Made by a program: the position numbers and the translations under genes. The notes beneath the pieces were generated by a model. It did no database searches. It saw nothing but the letters and a program-made list of their open reading frames with translations, and was not told where the DNA came from. A DNA stretch of 64,000 bases from contig NC_092347.1 in assembly GCF_963676685.1 (NCBI RefSeq), forward strand, positions 61,814,001 through 61,878,000. The letters are read 5' to 3'. Numbering within the stretch: the first letter of the stretch is position 1; each line of letters starts with the position of its first letter. Source of the stretch: Mytilus edulis. Its lineage: Eukaryota. Positions 53,921 to 64,000 of this stretch are shown in pieces.

Positions 53921-55228
53921 ATGAAAGTCCCAACTATGTACTGGCTTCCGGAGCTACACAAAACACCTTACAAATATAGATTTATTTCGTCTTCAAGCCA
54001 TTGTTCCACTACTAAATTGTCTATTCTTCTTACCAGCACACTTGGTACAATTAAAAACCTGATAATAAATTGTTCAAATAAGGCCTTCGAAAATAGTGGA
54101 ATTAATTACTTTTTGAGTGTCAAGAACTCGTTGGAAGTACTTGATAAATTGCATGCTTATATTGGTGATTTTAAATCTGTTCAAAGTTTTGATTTTTCTA
54201 CCCTGTATACCACATTGCCTCACATTCTCATTAAGAAAAAATTCACACACCTAATTAAATGGGCATTTAAAAAGTCAGAATGTGAATATATATGTTCAAA
54301 CTCTTTTAGGTCATTTTTTAGTAGCCATAAACAAAAAAACTATGTCAATTGGACATACTTTGATACTATATATGCCCTTGAATTTTTACTAGATAACATT
54401 TTTGTTCGCTTTGGGGATTCCGTATATCGTCAGATTATCGGAATTCCAATGGGGACTAACTGTGCACCACTTATTGCGGACCTGTTTTTGTATTGCTATG
54501 AGTTACAATTTATGACAAAAATAAGCAAAGACCCATCGAAACAACATCTGATAAACAAATTTAATAATACTTTTAGATATTTGGATGATATTTTGGCTCT
54601 CAATAATGACGACTTCAGTATGTATATTAAAGAAATTTATCCCGTTGAACTAACTTTAAATAACGCTAATACTAACAATGACTACTGCCCTTTCCTCGAT
54701 CTTGATATCTATATCACTAACGGAAAGCTGAATACTAAAATTTATGATAAAAGAGATGATTTTTCATTTCCTATCGTTAATTATCCATTTTTAGATGGTG
54801 ACGTTCCCTTGTCACCATCTTACGGTGTTTATATATCTCAACTTGTACGATTCGATCGTGTATGTAACAATGTTTTAGATTTTAACGAGAGAAATTTATG
54901 TATTACTGAAAAATTATTACACCAGGGTTTTCGATATCACAAACTAGTCAAAACATTTACTAAATTTTATCATCGGTATAAGGACATCATTCGTAAATAT
55001 AGCTCAACATGCAGACTTCTTATACGTTCAGGTATTTCACATCCAATTTTTTATGGAAATATTCTTTATAAAGCACAAAGATGCGAGTATTCACCTCAAA
55101 AACTAACAAAACCTTTGAATAGACTTATTAAGAAGGGATATAGTTACGATACTGTTGTCAGGTCATTAAAGATTGCATATTTTGGCGTTAATATTGATTC
55201 ACTTATAGGGTCTTTGCACCGGAACTAA
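53921..55228 (+). CDS. Reverse transcriptase of the Penelope-like element (C-terminal part of a decayed ORF)
   Basis: 435-aa ORF with complete RT core. The frame stays open upstream to ~53612 apart from one TGA at 53783. Confidence 0.8.
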   Translation: MKVPTMYWLPELHKTPYKYRFISSSSHCSTTKLSILLTSTLGTIKNLIINCSNKAFENSGINYFLSVKNSLEVLDKLHAYIGDFKSVQSFDFSTLYTTLPHILIKKKFTHLIKWAFKKSECEYICSNSFRSFFSSHKQKNYVNWTYFDTIYALEFLLDNIFVRFGDSVYRQIIGIPMGTNCAPLIADLFLYCYELQFMTKISKDPSKQHLINKFNNTFRYLDDILALNNDDFSMYIKEIYPVELTLNNANTNNDYCPFLDLDIYITNGKLNTKIYDKRDDFSFPIVNYPFLDGDVPLSPSYGVYISQLVRFDRVCNNVLDFNERNLCITEKLLHQGFRYHKLVKTFTKFYHRYKDIIRKYSSTCRLLIRSGISHPIFYGNILYKAQRCEYSPQKLTKPLNRLIKKGYSYDTVVRSLKIAYFGVNIDSLIGSLHRN

Positions 55229-55282
55229 ACACATTTATTCAAAAACCAGTTGTTGGCATGACACGGGTTATGTTCTTCTCAT

Positions 55283-55343
55283 ATATGTTATGATGGTATG
55301 ATACTAAACCCCTAACGGGAAGGATTGTGCCTGATGTTCATAT
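55283..55343 (+). promoter_or_regulatory. Type-2 SECIS element
   Basis: Helix I ATATG/CATAT; ATGA (55290) .. TGAT (55332) quartet; helix II GGTATGAT/ATTGTGCC; unpaired AAA (55306-55308); apical CCC/GGG ministem; 55 nt after the RT stop. Confidence 0.85.
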
Positions 55344-55541
55344 GATGAAATCATAATCTTTCAGTCAGTTTAATTGAAGTCTGGAGCTGGCATGTCAGTT
55401 AACTGCTAGTAGTCTGTTGTTATTTATGTATTATTGTCATTTTGTTTATTTTCTTTGGTTACATCTTCCGACATCAGACTCGGACTTCTCTTGAACTGAA
55501 TTTTAATGTGCATATTGTTATGCGTTTACTTTTCTACATTG

Positions 55542-55630
55542 GCTAGAGATATAGGGGGAGGGTTAAGATCTCACAAACATGTTTAACCCCGCCGCATTTT
55601 TGCGCCTGTCCCAAGTCAGGAGCCTCTGGC
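55542..55630 (+). ncRNA. Type-P5 (circularly permuted) twister-ribozyme-like RNA
   Basis: P5 GCTAGAG/CTCTGGC; P2 GGGG/CCCC; L1 GAGGG + TAA; P3 GCA/TGC; P4 CCTG/CAGG with loop TCCCAAGT able to form both pseudoknots. P1 is poorly paired. Confidence 0.7.
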
Positions 55631-56198
55631 TAGTATATATTTGTTTAGGGGCCAGTTGAAGGACGCCTCCGGGTGCGGGAATTTCTCGCTACATTTAAGA
55701 CCTGTTGGTGACCTTCTGCTGTTGTTTTTTTCTATGGTCGGGTTGTTGTCTCTTTGGCACATTCCCCATTTCCATTCTCAGTTTTAGTTTTGTATTATAA
55801 ATGCACATTTATTATTTATACAACATTTTTCACCTAAGGAATGGACAAAAATTACGTTTGGACATAGTGGCTAGACATTCAATTTTTTTAAATTCTGCTT
55901 CAAGAAAAAGTTTTTTTTTTACATTTGAAACTTTGGAAATGCTTATCTTTTCCAGAACTTTCTATTGGGTATAGTTTTAATATGATTTTATTACTTTATA
56001 GGGATAATAATAAAACTTAAATGTTGATAAACACATTAAGACAGGTTCCTCTGCTGATTATTTCGTTGAAGGCTTGCTTCAAATTTCAGCCAATACCAAA
56101 AACGGGTATGATGTTATAATATAAATCTAGTAGGAAGCTGATGTACTAAATTTCGCAGATTTTATGTGCAAAATTACAACGGAACATAGACAAATGCA

Positions 56199-56881
56199 TC
56201 TATACTATTAAACGAGAAGACCTCATTTTTGGTGTCGCTTCTCTTCTTTCCACAATAAATTAATCAACACGACTCTGTGTCCTATATATACAGTGCATAG
56301 TCGCATTTGTCATCCATTCATATGTTTATTCAGATTGAGTTATTTTGGGAGAAAAACGAGAAAAAAGGCATCCGGATATTGTCCCGTCATTGGACGAAAT
56401 TTTAAGTCAGATTATACTTCCGGTTTGCGTTTTTCTGTATACTTTGAACAAACGAATAGTACGAATAAAGTGTATTTTAATTCTGTCCAGAGTTTATTAA
56501 ATGGAGAGGGTCTGTATACTATGTCAATTGACAACCATGGATCGATTACTAAACTAAGAATTGAAAGTAAATACACTTTATTTATATAGTAATAAGCGCT
56601 AAAATTATTCATGTGAACTTTTGATACCTTTTCTGAAATTCTCCATTCATTAAAACGGAACGAAAAACAAATATGTAACACACAAACAAACGACAACCAC
56701 TGAACTACAGGCTCCTTACTTAAATGTTCATAACATAATAAATGTATGTTCATATTGAAATTGATAGAAAACCAAAAATTGGGAATTTTGGAAATGAAGG
56801 AGGAGGTATAAAACTTCTAACAACACTTTACATACTTCTAACTCCGCTCTGAATGCCCGCGATTTCGCGGGTGTGTTCTAG
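56199..56881 (+). mobile_element. Non-autonomous Helitron
   Basis: A^TCTATACTATTAAA 5' end, CCCGCGATTTCGCGGG hairpin, CTAG^T 3' end. Confidence 0.85.
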
Positions 56882-57004
56882 TTTTATTTAATTTGAAATG
56901 TTACGCCGGACATGCAATTTTTAACGTGAACGTAAGATTTGTGTGTTCAATAAAATAAATGTATGGTGCAAAAATTTATAGAATTAACTTAAAATAAGAA
57001 AATT

Positions 57005-57910
57005 TGTAAGGGTTCCACGGAACCCAGTGTCTCGCCAGGGGCGGATGCAGGAATTTTCGAAAGGGGGGGTGCTAACCCAGGGCACCCAGGGCAAAGGGGG
57101 GGGGGTGCAAAACATATGTCCCGATACAAATGCATTGATCGGCAAAAATAAAGGGGGGTGTGCACCCCCGGAACCCCCCCCCCCCCTGGATCCGCCACTG
57201 CTCGCCTACTTTTGCTGTTAATCGCAGACTCAACAAAAACGAGGAAAAACATCAATTAAAATTTCCCTCTCGATACTGTCTTTTGATTGAAAGAAGCTTC
57301 CAAGTTTGGTAAAAAATAGGATAGTTTATGAATCTAATAAATGTTTTATAAACTTTAACTGCAGAGACTATGTAATGTTAACTGGAAGAAAAACTAAGTC
57401 CATTTATAAGTAAAATACAAAATTTTTACAAAATTTACTTCTGAATAATATCTTATGATCAGAAACAAGCTATTGTCTAAGTTTGGTAGAAATCCAGGAT
57501 AGTTCAAGAACATTATAAAACTTTTAAAAACTTAAACCACAGAGTGAATGTTTTGTTTCTGGCAAAAAAACTAAGTCCATTTATAACTTCAATATAAGTA
57601 AAATAAGGAAAAGCGGAAATTTATTTTTACAAAATTTTCTTCTTGATACTATCTTATGATCATAAACAAGCTTCTGTCCAAGTTTGGTACAAATCAAGGA
57701 TAGTTTATGAAAGTTATTAAAATTTTAAAAACTTTAACCACAGAGTGAATGTAATGTTTCCTCGCAGAAAAACTAAGTCCATTTATAAGTAAAATACGGA
57801 AAAAATGGAATTTTATTTTTACAAAATTTACTTCTGGATACTTTCTTATGATCATAAACAAGCTTCTGTCTAAGTTTGGTAGAAAATCAGTATAGTTAAA
57901 GAAAGTTATT
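57005..57910 (-). mobile_element. HINE-like element with tandem cores and nested MITE (57036-57200, CTCGC TSD)
   Basis: Reverse complement of the 40200-42316 family. Confidence 0.7.
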
Positions 57911-59162
57911 ATATTCAGATTGAGTTATTTTGGGAGAAAAACGACAAAAAAAGGAGTCCGGATATGATTCCGTCATCAGACTGAATTTTAGTCATAGATA
58001 AGACTTCCGGTTTGAAACATGCACAAATACAACCAATCGTATGATAGATAACAAAAATGAAGAAAAAAAAATAAGCCAATCAGAGCGTTCTCAATATCAT
58101 GGTGTTTAGATCGCAAGAATCACAACTATTATTATACCTCCTTTAATAGAGGACAACTATTTTTCCCGTTTATCTACATGTAAACTACGATTATACTTCT
58201 TCAATATATAGAGACTCTCTGTATTCTGTATTTTGTCTACTGTTCTTTGAAATGTTAACGTTTACTATCTACTGTTTTCTTTGAAATGTTTACTTTTTAA
58301 GTGGTCATACCACTTGCATATATATTAATAAGTAAAACATGCTCAACTTCATCTAAAACTACCTCGACCAAAAACTTTAACCTGAAGCGGGTCAGACGGA
58401 CGGACGGACGGACGACCAAACGAACGCACGCACGGATGCACAGACTAGAAAACATAATGCCCATAAATGGGGCATAAAAATTTATGTTTGAAAGGGAAAA
58501 TAGTTATTTGGCAAAAATGAAAGTAAGGTACAGATTAGAGGGAGGCAGGACCTTTTTCGGGGCGTCGGGATCGGGTGTTTTTAAGCTCGGGATTTGGGAA
58601 TTAATCCTTACGGAATCCGGGAATATATTTTTCGATTTCGGGATTTCGGGATATGAATTTCTTTAAATTCTGCATCTCGGGATTTCATGATTTTAAGCCC
58701 GGGTTTTCGGGATCAGGACCCCTCCGACCATCCCTCAAATTAGCCTAAGTCAGTCTTAGTCATTTATACATGATTCATATCCTACCATTGGTATGTTAAT
58801 AAGAATCTCAAATGAAAAGGCACTGATGGATTGTCCTAGAAGCATATTTTATTAGACTAATAATGGTCTATATATAAGCAGTTACATTTATTTCATGTTT
58901 GAAACGGTGCAAATTTTTAATTTGATTTGACTTTTACCAAAAGAAGCATTGTAGCAAAGGAGAAGACTAATTGTGGTCTGAGGCCAGAAACACGAAAATA
59001 TTTGAATTTAACAGAAAGGAAACAAATATCGGACTTTGGAAAAAAGGGAGAGGGCTTTTGATACCTTTTATGAAATTCTCCATACATAATATCTTTTACA
59101 AAAAATCATCCTCCAACAGTTCACAAGCTGTATATGCCCGCGATTTCGCGGGTGTATTCTAG
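57911..59162 (+). mobile_element. 5'-truncated Helitron related to 56199-56881
   Basis: Shares ATTCAGATTGAGTTATTTTGGGAGAAAAACGA and the same hairpin + CTAG terminus. Confidence 0.65.
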
Positions 59163-59819
59163 TAATGTTGTAAAGTATGAGGAACGAAAATTTTGATCCG
59201 GAATCATTTCGCTAGGTTCGGATTCAGGTAATATTTTATAAAATAACATGAAGTCACTAGAACGTTTGAGAATAGGTAAAATAAAAATAATCACTAGTGA
59301 TATAATTTGACAAAAAATAATATAAGAAGATATATTGTTGATAAAAATAAACATTTTAGTTACAAATTATATAACAAATAAATGGAGCATAGATTTCTAC
59401 TGTACTAATTTTCATTAGTCTATTATTTTTTAATTATAAATGTAGGGGTTAAATCTTGATGTCTAAATGATGTAAGATTTAAGAAGAAAATTACAATGAC
59501 AGTGTTTAAGGTAAATTGTGGTATCTGATTTAAAATTAGTTTTCTCCACAGCACTAATAAAGAAAATATGAGGTAGGGCAAAATTCAATGAAAATCAGAA
59601 CCCAAATGATTTTTTCTTCACCTAAGCATTAAGTTTGTAAACCTTTACACCTAGATCTTTTAAAATATAAGGCAGCCCACTTTTAAAAGAAATTGTTAGT
59701 GGAACAAGGGTTAACTTTGATTTATTCAGAATATAAACCACAAATTAATCAATGGTTGAATTATTTTAAGAAAAATCTTTTTATTTTAAAATATTATAAT
59801 ACTTTTTACTAATAGTTAC

Positions 59820-60961
59820 CCTATAGGACACTGACAGTATCCATATTGCACCATAAAATCCCCACTATCTGTTTTCAAAGTGCATATATACACCTGGTAT
59901 CTTTGTTTCTTCATGGATGCTTGACACATTGCTCTGATATAAATTGTCTGTTCATTGATCTGAAATCACAAAGAAAGATTTAAGTTTTGAATAAATTATT
60001 TGTTTATTAACAGTATTTTCTTTCTTCAAAAATATAATTAATTTTCTTTTAAAAAGTGATGTTTGTCTATACAATTGAAAATATATACAAAGTATAATTG
60101 TTTTGTGTTAAACTGTTACTTTCTGCCAAAATACTCATCTGGATGCTTTTAATGGCAACCACAAAAATTTCTAAGTATAAATCTTATAGTCTAAAATAAA
60201 GGAAAATTTATTGCTGTTAATATTTCATTTGCTATTTTTTTTGCAGAATGATGTTCTTATTATTAACTACCACATTTAAAAATGATGCAAGTTTTCCTGA
60301 CCATAAATACAAAAAAATAATAATTACTTTTTACAAGGATTTGTATAGTTAGAAACTATACAAATCCTTGCTTTTTATAATTAAGTTTCTTATTGAATTA
60401 TGATTTTTAATGATCATGGGCATACATATAAATTATTATATGTTTTTGGTGTCTTTATTTTCATTTAATTAACTAGTGCTATCTCTATATATCATTTTAA
60501 TTAAGTGTGCCTGTCAAATTCAAGTCTGTTATCTTAAATATTCTGGGTTTTATTACCTGTGCCATTCCTACTTCTTGGATATCACCAGCATCATAATGTT
60601 TGACTGCCTTGTCAAGCCCCTTGAAATTTTGAGTTGTTGTCCCTGAATACGTAGGTCTTGTTACCATAAAATCATAAATATCTGCAAATTTGATTATTGG
60701 AAATTTGGTTTGGTCACAGATGGTGTAAGTCACTCTATTGAAGGGCGGGAGGTTTTCATTTTGTTCACTGGGAATCGTCACATCACCTACTAGGACTGCC
60801 TGCTTGATAATCGGTGTTAAGGTAGATGAAGGAACTTGTTCTGTCAGTATATCCGAAATTATCCTTTCCTTTTTCTTCTTTTCCACTTCAATATTATGCT
60901 CCGCGGCAAGAATCTTTAAAGAACTGATATTTAACTTATTTAAACTTTCCCGGGTCGCCAT
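59820..60961 (-). CDS. Partial two-exon gene for a SWIM-zinc-finger protein (3' exons not found)
   Basis: Exon 60557-60961 (135 codons) splices to 59820-59959 (IRAMCQASMKKQRYQV..GYCQCPIG|gt), the first half of a CxC..CxH SWIM finger. Confidence 0.65.
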
Positions 60962-61069
60962 GTTGGTATCTAGTGTAAACAAGTTGCCGTCCGGAAGCGT
61001 TTATGCGCATGCTCGGGATTTATCGTGAAAGGGCTTATAAAAAAATTGCCAACAACACACAGCTTCGAA
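60962..61069. promoter_or_regulatory. Compact bidirectional promoter
   Basis: 108 bp between divergent ATGs, containing CCGGAAG (ETS) and TGCGCATG (NRF1-like). Confidence 0.6.
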
Positions 61070-63469
61070 ATGGCATTTGGTCTATACTCTTTAATCGAAG
61101 CTGTTATATTGTGTTTAAATGCAGTATGCATTTTACACGAAGAACGTTTTCTTGCTAAAAGTAAGTGTCTTATGAATTTAAATATGGCTGTAGATTTATA
61201 ATGGAACAAAAATTATCTCAATAATCAATTTTAGAGTTTCAAACCAACATATTTATATATGTAGTGTATGTTTGTGTAAGCAGTTAAGAGTTTTAATCAA
61301 ATTTGCTCATATCTATCCGTAAAACCTATATAGTACAAACCCTAGCCTAACCAAAACCATTAATGAACCGTAACCCTGATATTAGGGAGTCGTAAAACCC
61401 ATGGGGATCTTCTCCAGAAAAGAAGTTTGAGTTATTCTTTACCTTCTTTATAGATTATGAACTCTTACTCAATAATTCAAGTTTGGGGAGATTTTTCAAA
61501 GCAGTAACAGAAAATTAAGATATTACAAATTTGCATGTATACATTTTGTACATTTGTAAATAATATGCGTCAGGTGTTACCTGTTGAAGGGAACGACGTC
61601 TGTATGAATTATTCTTTTAATTCAAGCATATTTTTAGTCTTGAATCTGTTGCAAAAGAAACGAAAATACAGAAACATTTCTCAGTACTCAAACATTGTCA
61701 AATTACAAAACTTGTGCTCGAAATACCAATTCCAGTATATCATGTATATTGATAGGTCATTTCTGGAATCATGTCTTTCACAGGAAAAGATCCTCAATTT
61801 CGCACGCCTTTATGACGTCATTTAACAGATAGTTTGTTTATAAAACAATTTACCTGTGAGATCAATTACGGTGGTACTAACTATTAAAATTGATGAAGTT
61901 AATAAATATCTCGGTGAGAGTCCTTCACAACAGTTTTTGGAAGGAGTTCAACTGCCGGACAATAAAAAAAAAAAGTGATATACAAAAAATAGCACAAACA
62001 ATCTACAGGAACAAAGGAGAGGAAAGCACCTGCAGAATCAAAGGCAGAAAAATCATTCAAACTTGAAAGAAAGCATGAAAATAAAAGTAAACATCTATCA
62101 TTTATATAAGTGTTTGTCAAATGCATGTCATTTTTGTAGGACCAGTAGATTCAGAGCCGGACCAGTAGATTTTTAGTCCACTGGTCCGGCTGGCCAGTAC
62201 ACAAAAAAGCTTAAATTCGACCCCTGAAGTACTTAATCATGATTGCCGTATGACTAAGCGAGTGTGACCATCCTTTTAGATTTTAATTTCCCAAATATTT
62301 TGTGCAGTATATGATAAAACTTTTTCACCCGTTTGCTCAACATGTGTTGGAAATTTCTATGCATACACTTTTGTCACGTGGTGGTGGAAGTCACATGACA
62401 AATTCGTCTGAAAACTGTATCCGGAACTGGCCTATTGGCTGATTCCTGAGCCTGAGTACAAAAATCGTGCTAAAAAGTTTTATGATAAATAATTAAATGC
62501 ATATATATATTTTTTGCAATGATGACTAACTAGAGGACCCCCCTTTTTCAAAATCCTGGAAAATCTGCTGATTGATATGTTTCATGCATGTACATGTATC
62601 TGATAAAAAAATAGAAATTCTTATTCTGCAATTTAGTGTTTAATATTGTAGATATTTTGTTTTTCTTTCAGTTGGTTGGGGTACAGATCAAAGAGGCTTT
62701 GGTGAAGATCCTGGAATGAAAACCCAGATATTAAATTTGATTAGATCTATAAGGACAGTTATGAGAAGTAAGTTTGATTAATAGTGGGTTAAGTCCTGAT
62801 TACAGCTAGAAATCTATAAAGTGGAAAAAATATACTAATAAATAAAAAATCGTTAAAAAATCCCAACTGAAATTGCACATCTATGCTGCTGAATGCCTGA
62901 GGCTATAGCTACCATATTGTGGAGTACAATTTATATGATTTCCCATAGATTTGTATATACAAATGTATATTTGTTTACCAAAATAAAGGTATCATGAATA
63001 ATACAAACTTCCTCTTCTTTCACATGTAACACCTTCCCTATACATGTATTATTAGGTTAGTTTGAGAAAAATTATTAAACTTATCTAGAATTCAAGTTTT
63101 ATAGAATAAAAGAAGAATTGTTTGTATTTAACCATTTGATTTATTAATAAAAAGGGAGTAAACAGTCCCTTTTTATGCTTCAGTAGGGTGAAATACTTAA
63201 CTCTTCTCATGTGAAACTCCTATAGACTATTCATGGTAAAATCCAATCTAGTAAGAGTAAAATATGAGAGGAAAGTCAGAAACAAAAAATCTTGTCTTTG
63301 ATATATATGATATAAGACTATATGTTATACTTAATTTAGATAAAGAATAGTTCTGTGTAATATTTTCATTCATTTAGTATACATTTATTTTGATATTTCT
63401 GTCTTTATTTCAGTACCTCTCATTGGAATCAACGTAGTTGTAATAGGACTGAAGTTATTATTAGGATAG
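61070..63469 (+). CDS. IER3IP1: Immediate early response 3-interacting protein 1 (Yos1 family), 3 exons, 80 aa
   Basis: Exons 61070-61160, 62672-62767 and 63414-63469 give MAFGLYSLIEAVILCLNAVCILHEERFLAKIGWGTDQRGFGEDPGMKTQILNLIRSIRTVMRIPLIGINVVVIGLKLLLG. Not in the ORF track. Confidence 0.96.
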
Positions 63470-64000
63470 CACTAGTTTACATATGATACAGAGTAAATGA
63501 AAAAAATGTTATAGAAGATGACTGTGAATTTGTATGGAAGGATGGCCAGGCAAGATTTTAATGATGTGATGCGAGTGCAATATTACTTTTTAATTGTAAA
63601 TACAATATTTACTTTTTTTGAAAATTAAGAACTGGTGTATATTTAAAAATATATTGTATGAAAATTGCAGTAGGCCAAGATGGCATTTTGGAAAAGAGTG
63701 TATGGTATCATAAAAAATGTTAACAATTATGATTTATTTAAAAAGTGCCAAATTTTTAAAACTTAATTTCTCTTTGATTGTTTTACCTTGTATTACAGTG
63801 CTAAAAATAATCCCTTCTAGGCCAAAATTAAAAATATGTTTGTTTCCCCTCCCCCCCACCCAGGTCAAAAATAAACCCCGGTTCAAAAAATTATTTTCCA
63901 CAAAAAAATAGAAATTATTTTTTTCCTGAGAATAATTTGTTTCCATTTTTGGAAAATGCTTGAAAGCAGAAGGATTGATAATCTAAATAAATACACTCAA

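Larger units (their letters stand above)
53365..55787 (+). mobile_element. 5'-truncated Penelope-like retroelement (Naiad-type RT, no C-terminal endonuclease)
   Basis: RT motifs FDFSTLYT, GIPMGTNCAP, YLDD and PLE thumb YGVYISQL. Upstream homology (CNCS..HVI-TGDL, SKGPKYR, VPAEKAANN) is broken by a TAA at 53419 and a +1 T-run at 53604-53611. A long structured 3' region ends in ..CACATTCCCCATTTCCATTCTC. Confidence 0.88.

Noticed and set aside
55645-55720. HDV-like ribozyme
   Set aside because: I could not build the nested double pseudoknot (P1/P1.1/P3) by eye; kept only as an unassigned motif.
62370-62440. ERSE/UPR element in IER3IP1 intron 1
   Set aside because: CCAAT and CCACG are present on the minus strand but not at the 9-nt spacing.

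Overview
AT-rich, intron-containing animal genomic DNA. The repeat repertoire (Helentron/HINE elements with internal tandem cores, Penelope-like 3' fragments, hAT-like MITEs) looks like a bivalve such as Mytilus; this is inference. Four intact spliced genes were assembled by hand with GT-AG junctions and phase checks: AF9/ENL (MLLT3-like; YEATS + ANC1-homology domain; minus; 1154 aa), a signal-peptide SOUL/HEBP2-like gene (plus; 202 aa), ARMC6 (plus; 465 aa) and IER3IP1/Yos1 (plus; 80 aa). Also present: an intronless frameshifted Cdc25 copy, and a partial SWIM-finger gene head-to-head with IER3IP1 (108 bp between start codons). The most interesting part is RNA-level. A 5'-truncated Penelope-like (Naiad-type) retroelement at ~53.4-55.8 kb has an in-frame UGA at a Cys-type position and a canonical type-2 SECIS in its 3' region. 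About 200 nt further on it carries a circularly permuted (type-P5) twister-ribozyme-like fold. That fold recurs in related repeat families in this window with compensatory changes, and in one copy it lies downstream of a decayed minimal hammerhead. Coordinates were read by eye and may be off by a few bases.
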